Positions 52,001-61,920 are shown, numbered from the stretch's first letter. The stretch: DNA of 64,000 bases from Alphaproteobacteria bacterium (GCA_964291285.2 OZ219788.1:1-64000), one strand, 5' to 3'. The notes: a model not told the origin generated them from the sequence alone. Numbers and translations are program-made.

Positions 52001-52534
52001 CTGCGCGTCGAACCGATCCGCACGCTGCCGGGCCTGGTGCGGCGGGGGCGCAATGCGGTGAACATCGCAGGCACCGTGCTCTCGAAACAGGAACGCACAT
52101 CGAGACGCGGCAACCGTTTCGCTTTCGTCGCCGTTTCCGACAGTTCCGGCCAGTCGGAGATCACGCTGTTCTCGGAAGTGCTGGCTTCGGCGCGGACGCT
52201 GCTCGATACCGGGAAACCGCTGCTGTTCGCCTGCGAAGCCGCCATGGACGGCGAGGATGTCCGCCTCACCGCGAAAAGCGTCGAGCCGCTGGACGCGGCA
52301 GTCGGCAAGACCGGCAACGGCGTCAGCATCTTCATCGACAATTTCGAGGCCCTGCCCCGCATCCAGAGCGTGCTGCAGCGGGAACCGGCCGGCCGCGGCG
52401 AGGTCCGGATCCTGTTCGACATGGACAGGACGCATGAAGTCCAGATGTCGCTCGGCAGCCGCTTCACCGTCACACCCGGCATGCTCGCCGAGTTGAAGGC
52501 GATGAGGAATATCGAGGAAATTCAGGAGATTTAG
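49088..52534 (+). CDS. dnaE: DNA polymerase III alpha subunit
   Basis: PHP domain, GPGRGSGAGS, MPDFDIDF, KFAGYGFNKSH and OB-fold. Confidence 0.98.
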   Translation: MPHADFVHLRVHSAYSLSEGAVRIEDLVSLCRQSCMPAVAVTDSGNLFGAMEFAVYASQAGIQPIVGTLLTVGDEPRRRTRHDDEPAPVLLLAQNETGYRNLLELVTASFLETPGTDAPHVEWSRLEGRTDGVIALSGGPRGPVGRALAEGRTEFARQLLERLSALFPGRLYVELMRHGDGGRQEEEEASIELAYALDLPLVATNDVHFGSEDDYEAHDALLCIASARRVEEEDRPRLTPDHRFKTAEEMRALFADLPEAADNTLVIARRCAFMPTESEPILPAFDPGVDEAEELRRLAREGLEARLAEHVFPQGAGEEDAKPYRERLEYELGVIVDMKFPGYFLIVSEFIRWAKNQGIPVGPGRGSGAGSVVAWALQITDLDPLRWGLLFERFLNPERVSMPDFDIDFCQDRRDEVIAHVQDRYGHDRVAQIITFGKLQARAALRDVGRVLGMPFGQVDRISKLVPHNPANPPKLEDAVANEPALQSMRDEDETVGQLIHLALKLEGLYRHASTHAAGVVIADRPLQHIAPLYCDRGSSDIPAVQFSMKWAEASGLVKFDFLGLKTLTVLEDARKLLAEKGIEIDLLKLPLDDKKTFEMLSRGDTVGVFQMEGAGMRDTLKKLKPTRFEDLIAVVALYRPGPMENIPTYIKRKHGSENIDYMYETLQPILEETYGIIIYQEQVMQIAQVLSGYTLGGADLLRRAMGKKIQSEMDAQRETFINGAVSRGVEPKLAEKIFNLVDKFAGYGFNKSHAAAYALIAYQTAWLKANHPVEFMAASMTHELGNTDKLAPLLRELDRMDVALLPPDVQRSGALFQVEAAPDGAPAIRYALAAVKSVGRAAMEAVERERTSGGPFKTPFDFAGRLGPRALNSRLLEKLAEAGAFDTLEPDRARVFAGAEMLMRHAAVEEEERTTNQTNLFGAVEDFVPDPKLPNAPHWEPMERLQHEFDATGFYLSAHPLDEYERYFPRLRVEPIRTLPGLVRRGRNAVNIAGTVLSKQERTSRRGNRFAFVAVSDSSGQSEITLFSEVLASARTLLDTGKPLLFACEAAMDGEDVRLTAKSVEPLDAAVGKTGNGVSIFIDNFEALPRIQSVLQREPAGRGEVRILFDMDRTHEVQMSLGSRFTVTPGMLAELKAMRNIEEIQEI

Positions 52535-52550
52535 GCTCTCCGGCGGTCTC

Positions 52551-53621
52551 CTACTCTCCCCGGCGCGCCGCCGGCCAGAGCATGCGGGCGAGCAGCGCCG
52601 CGCCGATCACCACGACGAAGAGGCGCCCGGTGTGGTGCGTCGCCACGAAGGCGACATCGATGTCGAGCGACAGCGCAATCAGGTTCATTTCGGCGAAGCC
52701 GCCGGGCGTGTAGGCGAGGTGGACGGCCCTGAAGTCGAAACCGCCCGCTGCCGCCACCAGCGCGGCGACGAGGAAAGCCACAGCCAGGAAGAACGCGTAA
52801 TACATGACCGAGACGGCCACCGTGCGCCCCAGCTCCCGCGGGCGCACGCCGACGAAGCGCGCCCCTGCCCCGCAGCCGATGAATATCTGGGCCACGGCGA
52901 GAAGTTCGGTCGGCGGGCGCGACGCCGTCAGGCCGCCGATATGCGCGGCCGCGCTCACCAGCATCGGCCCGACCATCTGCCAGGCCGGAATGCGCAGCAG
53001 CCTGGCCGCGCCGCCGCCGATGACGGCGGATGCCGCGAGCACGGCCCAGTCATGGAGGCTCAGGTCCGTCAGCCGGGACCCGCCGAGATCGGGCGGCGGC
53101 ACATAGTCGGTGAGCAGCCGGTAGGCCGGCGGCACGATGAACATCACCATCAGGATGCGGGTCGAGTGGGACAGCAGGATGGCGCGCTCGTCCGCGCCCA
53201 TCGACGGGCCGAGCAGCGCCATCTCGCCCAGGCCGCCCGGCGCGGCGCAGAAGAAGGCCGTCCGCCGGTCCATGCGCCCGACCCGGCGGAAGAACCAGGC
53301 GCCGGCCGCCGCGCCGGCGATGGTGAAGGCAAGCATGCCCGCAAACACGCCGCCCCACGTCGCCAGCCGGTCCAGCACGTCGGGCGCGAAGGCGGCGCCG
53401 AGCATCACGCCCAGCACGACCATCCACACGCGCCGCACATCGTTCGGCATGTAGAGGCGCACGCCCGCAAGCGCCGCGACGGTGCAGGCGAACAGGCTGC
53501 CCATCATCCAGGGCAGGGGGCTCTGGATCAGGGTGAACAGCCAGCCGCCGCACGCGCCGATCGCGAGCGTCTTGAGAAGCAGGGGCCAGTTCCGCGCGAG
53601 CTCGCGCACTGCGCGCCTCAC
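52551..53621 (-). CDS. AbrB-family membrane protein (putative ammonia monooxygenase-like)
   Basis: [22 protein letters not shown] and VATHH motifs; GTG start overlaps the nadK stop. Confidence 0.85.
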   Translation of the reverse strand: MRRAVRELARNWPLLLKTLAIGACGGWLFTLIQSPLPWMMGSLFACTVAALAGVRLYMPNDVRRVWMVVLGVMLGAAFAPDVLDRLATWGGVFAGMLAFTIAGAAAGAWFFRRVGRMDRRTAFFCAAPGGLGEMALLGPSMGADERAILLSHSTRILMVMFIVPPAYRLLTDYVPPPDLGGSRLTDLSLHDWAVLAASAVIGGGAARLLRIPAWQMVGPMLVSAAAHIGGLTASRPPTELLAVAQIFIGCGAGARFVGVRPRELGRTVAVSVMYYAFFLAVAFLVAALVAAAGGFDFRAVHLAYTPGGFAEMNLIALSLDIDVAFVATHHTGRLFVVVIGAALLARMLWPAARRGE

Positions 53622-54385
53622 GGTTGGAACTGCTCCTTCAGGATACGCTCCTCCAGGCTCCGGTCGGGATCGAACAGCAGCTGCAGCTCCGTCCCCTCGT
53701 CCCGGTGGACCAGCACCTCGGCGGCGTCGCGCACTTCGGTGAAGTCGGCGACCGCGCTCACCGGCCGCTTGCGGGCCTCGAGAACGGTCAGCCGCACGGC
53801 CACCGTGTCGGGCAGGATCGCGCCCGGCCACCGCCGCGGCCGGAAGGCGCTGATCGGCGTGATGCAGAGCGACTGTCCCCGGAGCGGCAGGATGGGCCCG
53901 TGCGCGGAGAGGTTGTAGGCCGTGCTGCCGGCGGGCGTCGCAACGATGACGCCGTCGCACATCAGTTCCTCCATCCGCACCACGCCGTCCACCTCGATGC
54001 AGACCTTCGCCGTCTGCCGCGTCTCGCGCAGCAGCGAGACTTCGTTGATGGCGCGGGCCCGGCGCATCTGCCCGGCAAGCGTGCGCGCTTCCATCAGCAG
54101 CGGGTGGAGGCTGACCGTCTCGGCGGCCCCGATCCGTTCGGGCAGGTCCTCGACCCGGAACCCGTTCATCAGGAAGCCGACGCTGCCGCGGTTCATGCCG
54201 TAGATGGGCGGCGGGCGGTCGCCGAAGCTGTGCAGGGTCTCCAGCATGAAACCGTCGCCGCCGATCGCCACGACGATGTCCGCCTCCGCCGGCGGCCTGT
54301 CGCCATAGGCGGCCGCAAGCGCCCGGCGCGCCTCCTGCGCCGCGGGCGTCTCGGCGGCAACGAACGCCAGGCTGGGACCGGTCAT
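53618..54385 (-). CDS. nadK: NAD kinase
   Basis: [21 protein letters not shown] and ATPAGSTAY motifs. Confidence 0.95.
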   Translation of the reverse strand: MTGPSLAFVAAETPAAQEARRALAAAYGDRPPAEADIVVAIGGDGFMLETLHSFGDRPPPIYGMNRGSVGFLMNGFRVEDLPERIGAAETVSLHPLLMEARTLAGQMRRARAINEVSLLRETRQTAKVCIEVDGVVRMEELMCDGVIVATPAGSTAYNLSAHGPILPLRGQSLCITPISAFRPRRWPGAILPDTVAVRLTVLEARKRPVSAVADFTEVRDAAEVLVHRDEGTELQLLFDPDRSLEERILKEQFQP

Positions 54386-54403
54386 CGAAAAAAGGCGGCC
54401 GCG

Positions 54404-55426
54404 TCAGCCGCCGGTCACGCTCATATGGCGCGGCACCGAGACCGCGCCCCGCCGCCGGTCGATGACGAAATCGTGGCCCTTGGGCTTGCGCGAGATCGCC
54501 TCGCGCACGGCCTCTTCCAGCGGGGCGTCGTCCGCATCGGCCCTGAGCGGCGCGCGGAGGTCGGCGGCATCCTCCTGGCCGAGGCACATATAGAGCGTGC
54601 CGGTGCAGGTCAGCCGCACCCGGTTGCAGCTTTCGCAGAAATTGTGCGTGAGCGGCGTGATGAAGCCGATCCGCCGCCCGGTTTCCTCGACGGTGGCATA
54701 GCGCGCCGGGCCGCCCGTATTGTAGTCGGTCTCGGTCAGCGTCCAGTTGCGCTCGATCTTCGCGCGCACCATCGAGAGCGGCATGTACTGGTCGAGGCGG
54801 TCCTCGCCGATGTCGCCCATCGGCATGACCTCGATGATGACGAGGTCGAAGCCGCGCTCGCCGCACCAGGCGATCATGGCGTCGAATTCATCGTCATTGA
54901 CGCCGCGCAGCGCGACCATGTTGATCTTGACCGCAAGCCCCGCGGCCTGCGCCGCGTCCAGCCCGGCCATGACCTGCTCGAAGCGGCCCCAGCGGGTGAT
55001 CTCCTTGAATTTCGCCGGATCGAGCGTGTCGAGCGACACGTTCACCCGGCGCATGCCGGCTTCGTAGAGGCCTTCCGAGAAGCGGCCGAGCTGGCTGCCG
55101 TTGGTGGTGATCGTGAGTTCCTCGAGCCCGCCCCCGTCGAGATGGCGGCCGAGCGAGCGGATGAGCTGCATGACGTTGCGCCGCATCAGCGGCTCGCCGC
55201 CGGTCAGCCGCAGTTTGGCCACGCCCATGCGCACGAAGGCGCTGCACAGCCGGTCGAGCTCCTCCAGCGTCAGCAGGTCGCGCTTCGGCAGGAACGTCAT
55301 GTGCTCCGACATGCAGTAGACGCAGCGGAAGTCGCAGCGGTCGGTCACCGAGACGCGCAGATAGGTGATCGCGCGCCCGAACGGGTCGATGACAGGCGCC
55401 GCGCCGCCCCAGGGGCCGCCGTCCAT
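54404..55426 (-). CDS. moaA: GTP 3',8-cyclase
   Basis: [24 protein letters not shown] and terminal MSVTGG. Confidence 0.97.
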   Translation of the reverse strand: MDGGPWGGAAPVIDPFGRAITYLRVSVTDRCDFRCVYCMSEHMTFLPKRDLLTLEELDRLCSAFVRMGVAKLRLTGGEPLMRRNVMQLIRSLGRHLDGGGLEELTITTNGSQLGRFSEGLYEAGMRRVNVSLDTLDPAKFKEITRWGRFEQVMAGLDAAQAAGLAVKINMVALRGVNDDEFDAMIAWCGERGFDLVIIEVMPMGDIGEDRLDQYMPLSMVRAKIERNWTLTETDYNTGGPARYATVEETGRRIGFITPLTHNFCESCNRVRLTCTGTLYMCLGQEDAADLRAPLRADADDAPLEEAVREAISRKPKGHDFVIDRRRGAVSVPRHMSVTGG

Positions 55427-55494
55427 CGTTTAATGCCCTCCTCCACCCTGTGCAGGGCAATATAGACAGCGGGCGCCCGCCCCGCCAGCCCCCG

Positions 55495-57400
55495 CGCCCC
55501 CCAACCGTCACCCCCGCTACACCACCGCCTGCCCCCGCGCCCCCCAACCGTCACCCCCGCGAAGGCGGGGGGCCATCCCTGACCGTTCGCGTCCGCCGCG
55601 GCCGGTGGAGGGCAGGCTCAACCGCCGAGGCCGCCGGGAGAGTCCGGGATGGGTCCCGGCTCGGGGGCCGGGATGACGACATGGGCCCCGGCTCGGGGGC
55701 CGGGGCGACCCCCGCCTTCGCGGGCCGCTATCCCCGCCCCTCATCCTGAGTAGCGACCGCGCCAGCAGCCTGTCCTGAGCCTGTCGAAGGGGACGGCCGC
55801 TGCGGTTCGGGACGGTCCTTCGATACGCGCCGCTCCCGGCTGGCGCCGGAAGCGGCGCTACTCAGGATGAGGGGTGGGCAGAGCGACGATGCGGCCCCCA
55901 ACCGTCACCCCCGCGAAGGCGGGGGGCCATCCCTGACCGTTCGCGTCCGCCGCGGCCGGTGGAGGGCGGCTCAACCGCCGAGGCCGCCGGGAGGGTCCGG
56001 GTCCCGGCTCGGGGGCCGGGATGACGACATGGGCCCCGGCTCGGGGGCCGGGGCGACCCCCGCCTTCGCGGGCCGCTATCCCCGCCCCTCATCCTGAGTA
56101 GCGACCGCGCCAGCGGGCGCGTATCGAAGGACGGCGGCTGCGGTTCGGGACGGTCCTTCGATACGCGCCGCTCCCGGCTGGCGCCGGAAGCGGCGCTACT
56201 CAGGATGAGGGGCGGGCATGGTCCCTATGCGTCGCCCCCGTCGACAGGCGGGGGTCGGCAGGGCCTACGCGGCGACCGGCTGGAGCAGGGCGACGATGAG
56301 CGCGCCCTGCGCCGCCAGCAGGGCCGCCATGACGCCCACCATGCGCCAGGTCATGCGGGTCTCGAGCGCCGCGAGTTCCACCTTGAGGTCGGCGATATCC
56401 GCCTTGACGGCTGCAAGGTCCGCCTTCGTCGCCAGTTCCCCGCGGTCCGCCCCGGCGGCGGCGCGGGCGGTGGCGATGATGGCCTTCGCCTTCTCCGCGT
56501 CGAGGCCGGCGTCCTGAAGCGCCTCGGCGGCGGCGAGGGTGTCGAATGCGGCGCCCGTCATGGCGCGCAGGTTAGGCCGCCCGCCGCCCCGCCGTCAAGC
56601 GCGCCGGGGCCTGCCCCCAACCTGAGCAGCGCCGCTTCCGCTGCCTTCCGACCCCCCTCCTGCCGGGCGGGACGGGGATTTGCGGGCGCTTCCCACCCCT
56701 TGTATCTCTGAGTAGCGCCAGCCGGGAGCGGCGCTGCTCAGGATGAGGGGTGGGCAGAGCGGCGGTGCCCCCCCAACCGTCACCCCCGCGAAGGCGGGGG
56801 GCCATCCCTGACTGTTTGCGTCCGCCGCAGCCGGTCGAGGCAGGGCCGGACCGCCGAAGCCGCCGGGAGGGTCCGGGGTCCCGGCTCGGGGGCCGGGATG
56901 ACGACATGGGCCCCGGCTCGGGGGCCGGGGCGACCCCCGCCTTCGCGGGGGCAGGCGGGCGGGGGCCGCACCGTCCGCCTTCGCGGGCCGCCATCCCCGC
57001 TACACCACCGCCTGCCCCCGCGCGCCCCAACCGTCACCCCCGCGAAGGCGGGGGGCCATCCCTGACTGTTTGCGCCGCCGCAGCCGGTCGAGGCAGGGCC
57101 GGGCCGCCGAGGCTGCCGGGAGAGTCCGGGATGGGCCCCGGCTCGGGGGCCGGGGCGACGAGCGGGGGCCGCACCGTCCGCCTGCACGGGCCGTCACCCC
57201 CGCGAAGGCGGGGGGCCATCCCTGACTGTTTGCGCCGCCGCAGCCGGTCGAGGCAGGGCCGGGCCACCGAGGCTGCCGGGAGAGTCCGGGTCCCGGCTCG
57301 GGGGCCGGGATGACGACATGGGCCCCGGCTCGGGGGCCGGGGCGACCCCCGCCTTCGCGGGGGCAGGCGGGCGGGGGCCGCGGGGGGATCGGCCGGGCGG
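55495..57400. repeat. Cluster of CGTC-type REP-like palindromes and composite repeats
   Basis: Repeated CCGTCACCCCCGCGAAGGCGGGGG, CCCGGCTCGGGGGCCGGG and CCTCATCCTGAGTAGCG...TCGAAGG units; a ~360-bp unit is duplicated (~55540 and ~55895). Confidence 0.85.
56265..56561 (-). CDS. DUF1640/CCDC90-like coiled-coil membrane protein
   Basis: AFDTL...L..AG...AKAI...LATKADL...C-terminal TM. Confidence 0.75.
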   Translation of the reverse strand: MTGAAFDTLAAAEALQDAGLDAEKAKAIIATARAAAGADRGELATKADLAAVKADIADLKVELAALETRMTWRMVGVMAALLAAQGALIVALLQPVAA

Positions 57401-57514
57401 GCCTTGCCGGGGCGGGGTTGCGAAAGCGTTTGTCTGCGCTTGAATCTGAAATATGGTAATTGTCCATGTTGAGAAAATGGATTTTCCGATGATTTGGCGT
57501 CAGGGGAGGGTTCC

Positions 57515-60412
57515 ATGGTTGGAGGCAGGCCGGGCATCGGGCCGCGGACCGGGATCGTTGCGGGCGCGACCCCGCGCGTCGAACGCGGTATAATTAGCGC
57601 CGAGCGCCGAGCGCCGAGCGCCGAGCGCCGAGCGCCGAGCGCCGAGCGCCGAGCGCCGAGCGCCGAGCGCCGAGCGCCGAGCGCCGAGCGCCGAGCGCCG
57701 AGCGCCGAGCGCCGAGCGCCGAGCGCCGAGCGCCGAGCGCCGAGCGCCGAGCGCCGAGCCACATCTCCGTCCCCCGCCGGTGCGCGGGGGCAGGCCAGCG
57801 GTAGCCGCAGCCTTCGGGAGTGTTTCCGCCGCCTAGCCGTCCCCTTCCTGCTCGCCCTGTCCGCGCTTGCCTTCGCGCCGGCGGCCGAGGCGCAGGATCG
57901 GCCGGCCACGCCCACCGGCTTCACGGCGACGCAGTCTGCCTCGGGCGTCGGCATCGAGCTCAGGTGGGACGCGGACACGGACCCGGTGGAACCCGGCGAA
58001 TCGATCACCGGCTTCAGGATCGACTGGCGGCCGTCTGTTGCGGGCAGCGACTGGGTCGCCAACCCCCCGACCGGGATGAAGACGATCAACAACGGGACCA
58101 TCGTCAATATCGCGATTACCGACACCCAGGACAGCCTGCAGCCCGATACCGAATACGATTTCCGCATCCGCTCCATGCGCTCCGGGAGCGCGCCAACAAA
58201 CAGTTGGTTCTCGGGCAAAGTCACGGAAAGGACGGCGAGCCGGGCGAGCGTGTCCATCGCGACCGACCCGTCGCCGCTGACCGAGGCGGACCTGGACGGA
58301 GCGCGGCTGACACTGGACCTTGTGGGAGTCGAGTACATCTCCTCCCTGTCGCCGGGCAGTTTCACCATGCCGGGGGTCCTCAGCGGCCTGTCCATCGCGT
58401 CGGTGAACCGCGTAAGCAACACCCGGGCCGTGCTGACGCTGGCCTTCAACGGCGACTTCGCCGGGGTCCAGCAGTTCCTGACGATACACGTCCCGCCCGG
58501 GTCCCACACAGGGACCTTCACTCTGTTGGCGGCCCCGGTCACGGTGACGCCGAGGCCGCCGCCGCCCGGCCCGGCCCCGGCGGCGCCGGCGGCGCGGGTC
58601 GTCACCGATCCGCCGCGGCTGACCGAGGACAATGCCGACGACGCGACCGTGACCCTGCGGCTGGCGGGCGCGACGTGGGAGGACCCGATTCCCACAAACG
58701 GCGTCACGGTCACCGGCCTGCCGGACGGCATGGAGGCAAGCGAGCCGGCGCGCGTGTCCGACAGCGAGGCGCGGATCACGCTCTCCTACACGCCCGAGGG
58801 CGCGGACGGGCTGGAGGGCGACGCCGTGCTGACGGTGACGGCCGCGGCCGCCTCGCACAGCGGCCCGGCGGCGCTGACCGGGACCGTGACGGTCCACGCC
58901 CGGAGCGCCCCGGCGGCGCTGGCGGCGACGCGCTGGCTGTCGCGGTTCGGGCGCACGGTGGCGGACCATGTGATGGCGGCGGTCGGCGCGCGGCTTTCGG
59001 AGCCGGCGGGACAGGACGACCGGCTCAGGCTGGCGGGGCGCTCCCTCTACTCCCCTGCCGCCTTGCTTAACCCCCCTCCCGCTCGGCGGGAGGGGTCGGG
59101 GGAGGGCCTCGCGGCGTGCGCGGCCGCTTGCGGGGCTTCGCCCGCCGCCGCGCTGGACGCGGCGAACGTTGCGAATGGCGGCGTTGGCGCCGCCGGCCTG
59201 GCGGCCGGCCCCCTCACCCGTCCTCTCCCCGCAGGCGGGGAGAGGGGAATTGCGGCGGCGCAGGCGCTCACGCCCCGCGACCTGCTGGCGGGGACCTCCT
59301 TCCGCGTCTCGGCGGCCGGGGGCGGCGGCGTGGCGAACGCCGGCTGGACCGCTTGGGGGCGGGTGGACCTGTCGCGCTTCGACGAGGACGAAGGCGGCCT
59401 CTCGCTCGACGGCGACACCATGACCGCCACGGTCGGCGCCGACATGCGGCGCGGGCGGCTGCTGGCCGGGGTCGCGGCCGCGCACAGCGCCGGCAGCGGC
59501 GAGTACCGGGACGTTGGCGGGGCGGCGGGCGACCTCGACGCCTCGCTCGCCTCGGTGCATCCCTATGTGCGCGTCGAGGCGGCGGGCGGGCTGTCCCTCT
59601 GGGGCGTGCTCGGCTGGGGCGGGGGCGACATGACGCTCGACCGCCGCGACGGCGACGATGAGAAGGCCGACCTCGAAATGACGATGGCGGGCGCGGGCGC
59701 GCGGGGTCCGCTGCCGGCGCCGTCTGCGGGCATGGCGCTGGCGTTGCGCGCGGAGGCGTTCGGCTCGCGGATCGAGGCCGACGGCGGCGGCGATGCGCTG
59801 AAGGGCGCGGAGGCCGAGGCGTGGCGGATGCGCCTTGCGCTGGAAGCCTCCTGGGACGAGACGGAGGCAGGCCTGCGCCCGTCTGCGGAACTCGGCCTGC
59901 GGCATGACGGCGGCGACGGGGAGACCGGGACCGGGGCGGAACTGGGCGGCGGCGTCGCCTGGGCCGGCCCGGACGGTCTGTCGGCCTCGCTCCGGGCGCG
60001 GGCGCTGCTGGACGGCGACGGGGTCTCCGAGTGGGGCGGCGGGGCGATGCTGGCCTATGCGCCCGGCGCGGACGGGCGGGGGCTGCGGCTCTCGCTCGCG
60101 CCGTCGGTGGGCGCGGCCGAGGGCGGCGTCGAGCGGCTCTGGCGCGCGGACGCGGCGGCGCTCGCAGGCGAACGGGACGCCCGGCCGCGCCTCGACGCCA
60201 AGGCGGGCTACGGCATCGCGGTGATGGGCGGGCGCGGCCTGCTGACCCCCCATGCGGGCCTCTCCCTCTCGGACGCCGACGACCGCCGCACCCGCCTGGG
60301 CGCGCGCCTCACGCTCGCCCCCGGCGCGGACCTCGCCCTCGCCGCCGAACGCACCGACCGCACCGCCGGCCCCGAACACGCGCTCACCCTGGGCGCCCGC
60401 CTGCGCTGGTAG
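57515..60412 (+). CDS. Autotransporter-like protein with FN3 passenger and heptamer repeat in the leader
   Basis: GGGAGGG + ATG 57515, signal ...PAAEAQ, FN3, WLSRFGRTVA linker, beta-barrel ending ARLRW. Confidence 0.85.
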   Translation: MVGGRPGIGPRTGIVAGATPRVERGIISAERRAPSAERRAPSAERRAPSAERRAPSAERRAPSAERRAPSAERRAPSAERRATSPSPAGARGQASGSRSLRECFRRLAVPFLLALSALAFAPAAEAQDRPATPTGFTATQSASGVGIELRWDADTDPVEPGESITGFRIDWRPSVAGSDWVANPPTGMKTINNGTIVNIAITDTQDSLQPDTEYDFRIRSMRSGSAPTNSWFSGKVTERTASRASVSIATDPSPLTEADLDGARLTLDLVGVEYISSLSPGSFTMPGVLSGLSIASVNRVSNTRAVLTLAFNGDFAGVQQFLTIHVPPGSHTGTFTLLAAPVTVTPRPPPPGPAPAAPAARVVTDPPRLTEDNADDATVTLRLAGATWEDPIPTNGVTVTGLPDGMEASEPARVSDSEARITLSYTPEGADGLEGDAVLTVTAAAASHSGPAALTGTVTVHARSAPAALAATRWLSRFGRTVADHVMAAVGARLSEPAGQDDRLRLAGRSLYSPAALLNPPPARREGSGEGLAACAAACGASPAAALDAANVANGGVGAAGLAAGPLTRPLPAGGERGIAAAQALTPRDLLAGTSFRVSAAGGGGVANAGWTAWGRVDLSRFDEDEGGLSLDGDTMTATVGADMRRGRLLAGVAAAHSAGSGEYRDVGGAAGDLDASLASVHPYVRVEAAGGLSLWGVLGWGGGDMTLDRRDGDDEKADLEMTMAGAGARGPLPAPSAGMALALRAEAFGSRIEADGGGDALKGAEAEAWRMRLALEASWDETEAGLRPSAELGLRHDGGDGETGTGAELGGGVAWAGPDGLSASLRARALLDGDGVSEWGGGAMLAYAPGADGRGLRLSLAPSVGAAEGGVERLWRADAAALAGERDARPRLDAKAGYGIAVMGGRGLLTPHAGLSLSDADDRRTRLGARLTLAPGADLALAAERTDRTAGPEHALTLGARLRW
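57596..57756 (+). repeat. (AGCGCCG)23 simple sequence repeat
   Basis: 161 bp = 23 perfect heptamers; in frame at this count. Confidence 0.95.
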
Positions 60413-60660
60413 GGTCCTTCGATACGCACCGCTTCCGGCTGACGCCGGAAGCGGCGCTACTCAGGATGAGGGGTGGGGCAGGCCCCTCTTCGCCGCCCCG
60501 GACACTCGCGGGATGACAGTTGGGGAGGCCGCACCGCCGCTCTCCTCTTCCCTCATCCTGAGTAGCGCCGGCCTTCGCCCCGCGAAGGCCGGCGCGTATC
60601 GAAGGACGGTCCCGAGCCCGTCGAAGGGGCCTGCCCTGAGCCCGTCGAAGGGGGCGGCGG
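60412..60660. repeat. REP-like doublet left of GIY-YIG
   Basis: GTCCTTCGATACGC...CTACTCAGGATGAGG and its inverse CCTCATCCTGAGTAG...GCGTATCGAAGGAC; GAGCCCGTCGAAGGG twice. Confidence 0.8.
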
Positions 60661-60690
60661 CTTCCCGTGTTCCCGTGCTATACCGCCGCC

Positions 60691-61026
60691 ATGCCGCACG
60701 AACCGCCGACCCGTGTTTACATGCTGCGCTGCGCGGACGGCAGCTTCTACACGGGGGTGACGCGGCGGCCCCTGGAGGAGCGCGTGCGCGAGCATGAGAG
60801 CGGGGCGGTCGCGGGCTATACGCAGAGCCGCCGTCCGGTGGAGCTGGTGTGGTCCGAGGAGTTCCAGTGGGCGGCCGATGCGATTGCGATGGAGCGGCGG
60901 GTCAAGGGCTGGTCGCGGCGCAAGAAGCGCGCCCTGGCGGCGGGGGACTGGGAGGCGCTGAAACGGGCCGCGAAGAAGGACTTCGGGGCGCGACCGTCCC
61001 CCGGCAGCCGCCCCGGCCCCGAATAA
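60691..61026 (+). CDS. GIY-YIG nuclease (UPF0213-like)
   Basis: VYMLRCADGSFYTGVT...RVREH..G...YT..RRPVELV...ERRVKGWSRRKK.AL. Confidence 0.9.
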   Translation: MPHEPPTRVYMLRCADGSFYTGVTRRPLEERVREHESGAVAGYTQSRRPVELVWSEEFQWAADAIAMERRVKGWSRRKKRALAAGDWEALKRAAKKDFGARPSPGSRPGPE

Positions 61027-61039
61027 CGCCGCCGCGCCA

Positions 61040-61220
61040 GTCCTTCGATACGCGCCGCTTCCGGCTGGCGCCGGAAGCGGCGCTACTCAGGATGAGGGGT
61101 TGGGGGACGCCGGCGCGGCCTATCCCCGTTCGGGACAGCCGTTCCCTCTTCCCCTCACCCTGAGTAGCGGCGTCAGTCGCGTATCGAAGGGGCCTGCCCC
61201 GAGCCCGTCGAAGGGGACGG
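61040..61220. repeat. REP-like doublet right of GIY-YIG
   Basis: Same units as 60412-60660. Confidence 0.8.
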
Positions 61221-61622
61221 CGGCCTCCCTCCCCTGCCCCTACCGCTCCGTCCACCGCCTGCGCCGGCGGCCGGCGAGGCCGGCGAGGCGGCGAGCGCGT
61301 CGCGCAGGCCGTACATGGAAATCGCGGGCTGCGCCGCCAGGATGCGGAGGATGCGCTCGCGCTGCGGCTCGATCCGCGAGGCGCGGCCACCCATCGGGTC
61401 GCGCCGCACATGGCCGCGCTCGCGAAAGCGCTTCACCCAGCTGTCGACGCTGTCCCTCGACACGCCGAACCGCCGGGCCGCGGCGGAGACGGCCATGCCC
61501 TCCTCCACCACCGCCAGGACCGCCCTGCTCCGCACCTCCTCGCTGACCGGGCGGCCCCGCACCCCCGGCCGCGGCAGCCCGCCCGCCGGGCCGCCCTTGC
61601 AACTTCGGCTCGATTCCGTCAT
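61173..61622 (-). CDS. Stand-alone IS630-type HTH protein (no DDE domain)
   Basis: GRPVSEEVRSRAVLAVVEEGMAVSAAARRFGVSRDSVDSWVKRFRERG; GGAGGA upstream of the ATG. Confidence 0.6.
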   Translation of the reverse strand: MTESSRSCKGGPAGGLPRPGVRGRPVSEEVRSRAVLAVVEEGMAVSAAARRFGVSRDSVDSWVKRFRERGHVRRDPMGGRASRIEPQRERILRILAAQPAISMYGLRDALAASPASPAAGAGGGRSGRGRGGRPPSPSTGSGQAPSIRD

Positions 61623-61859
61623 CGCCTTTCCTCCTCCGGCCGCATCCGCGCAGCCTCCGTGAACCTCCCAACCCGAACCCGATTCCCCGGGCCTCCTGCC
61701 GCCCAGGCAGACCGCGACAGCCGGCCGCCGGGCAGGCCTCCCCCCTCGCCGCCGCGGGGCGGCGGGTTCGCGGCAGAGGTCCGGAAAAGGCGGCTTGCGC
61801 GGCTGCGCCGGCCTGTCAGCTCCAGGTCACGGCCCTTTCGCTCCGTCAGGGATGTTATG

Positions 61860-61892
61860 GAACATATATAGAACTTATGGGAAGAATGTCAA
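61860..61892 (-). promoter_or_regulatory. Alphaproteobacterial LexA box overlapping a sigma70-like promoter
   Basis: GAAC-ATATATA-GAAC at 61860-61874 (GTTC-N7-GTTC on minus); minus-strand TTGACA at 61892-61887 with TATAT 16-18 bp downstream. Confidence 0.75.
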
Positions 61893-61920
61893 GAGCCGGA
61901 TTCCACGCCTCCTCCGCCGG

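Noticed and set aside
49088-52534. Intein in dnaE
   Set aside because: Length is normal (1148 aa) and no intein or LAGLIDADG motifs are present.
55495-57400. Possible CRISPR array
   Set aside because: Sequences between palindromes are themselves repeated and irregular in length; the pattern fits REP mosaics.
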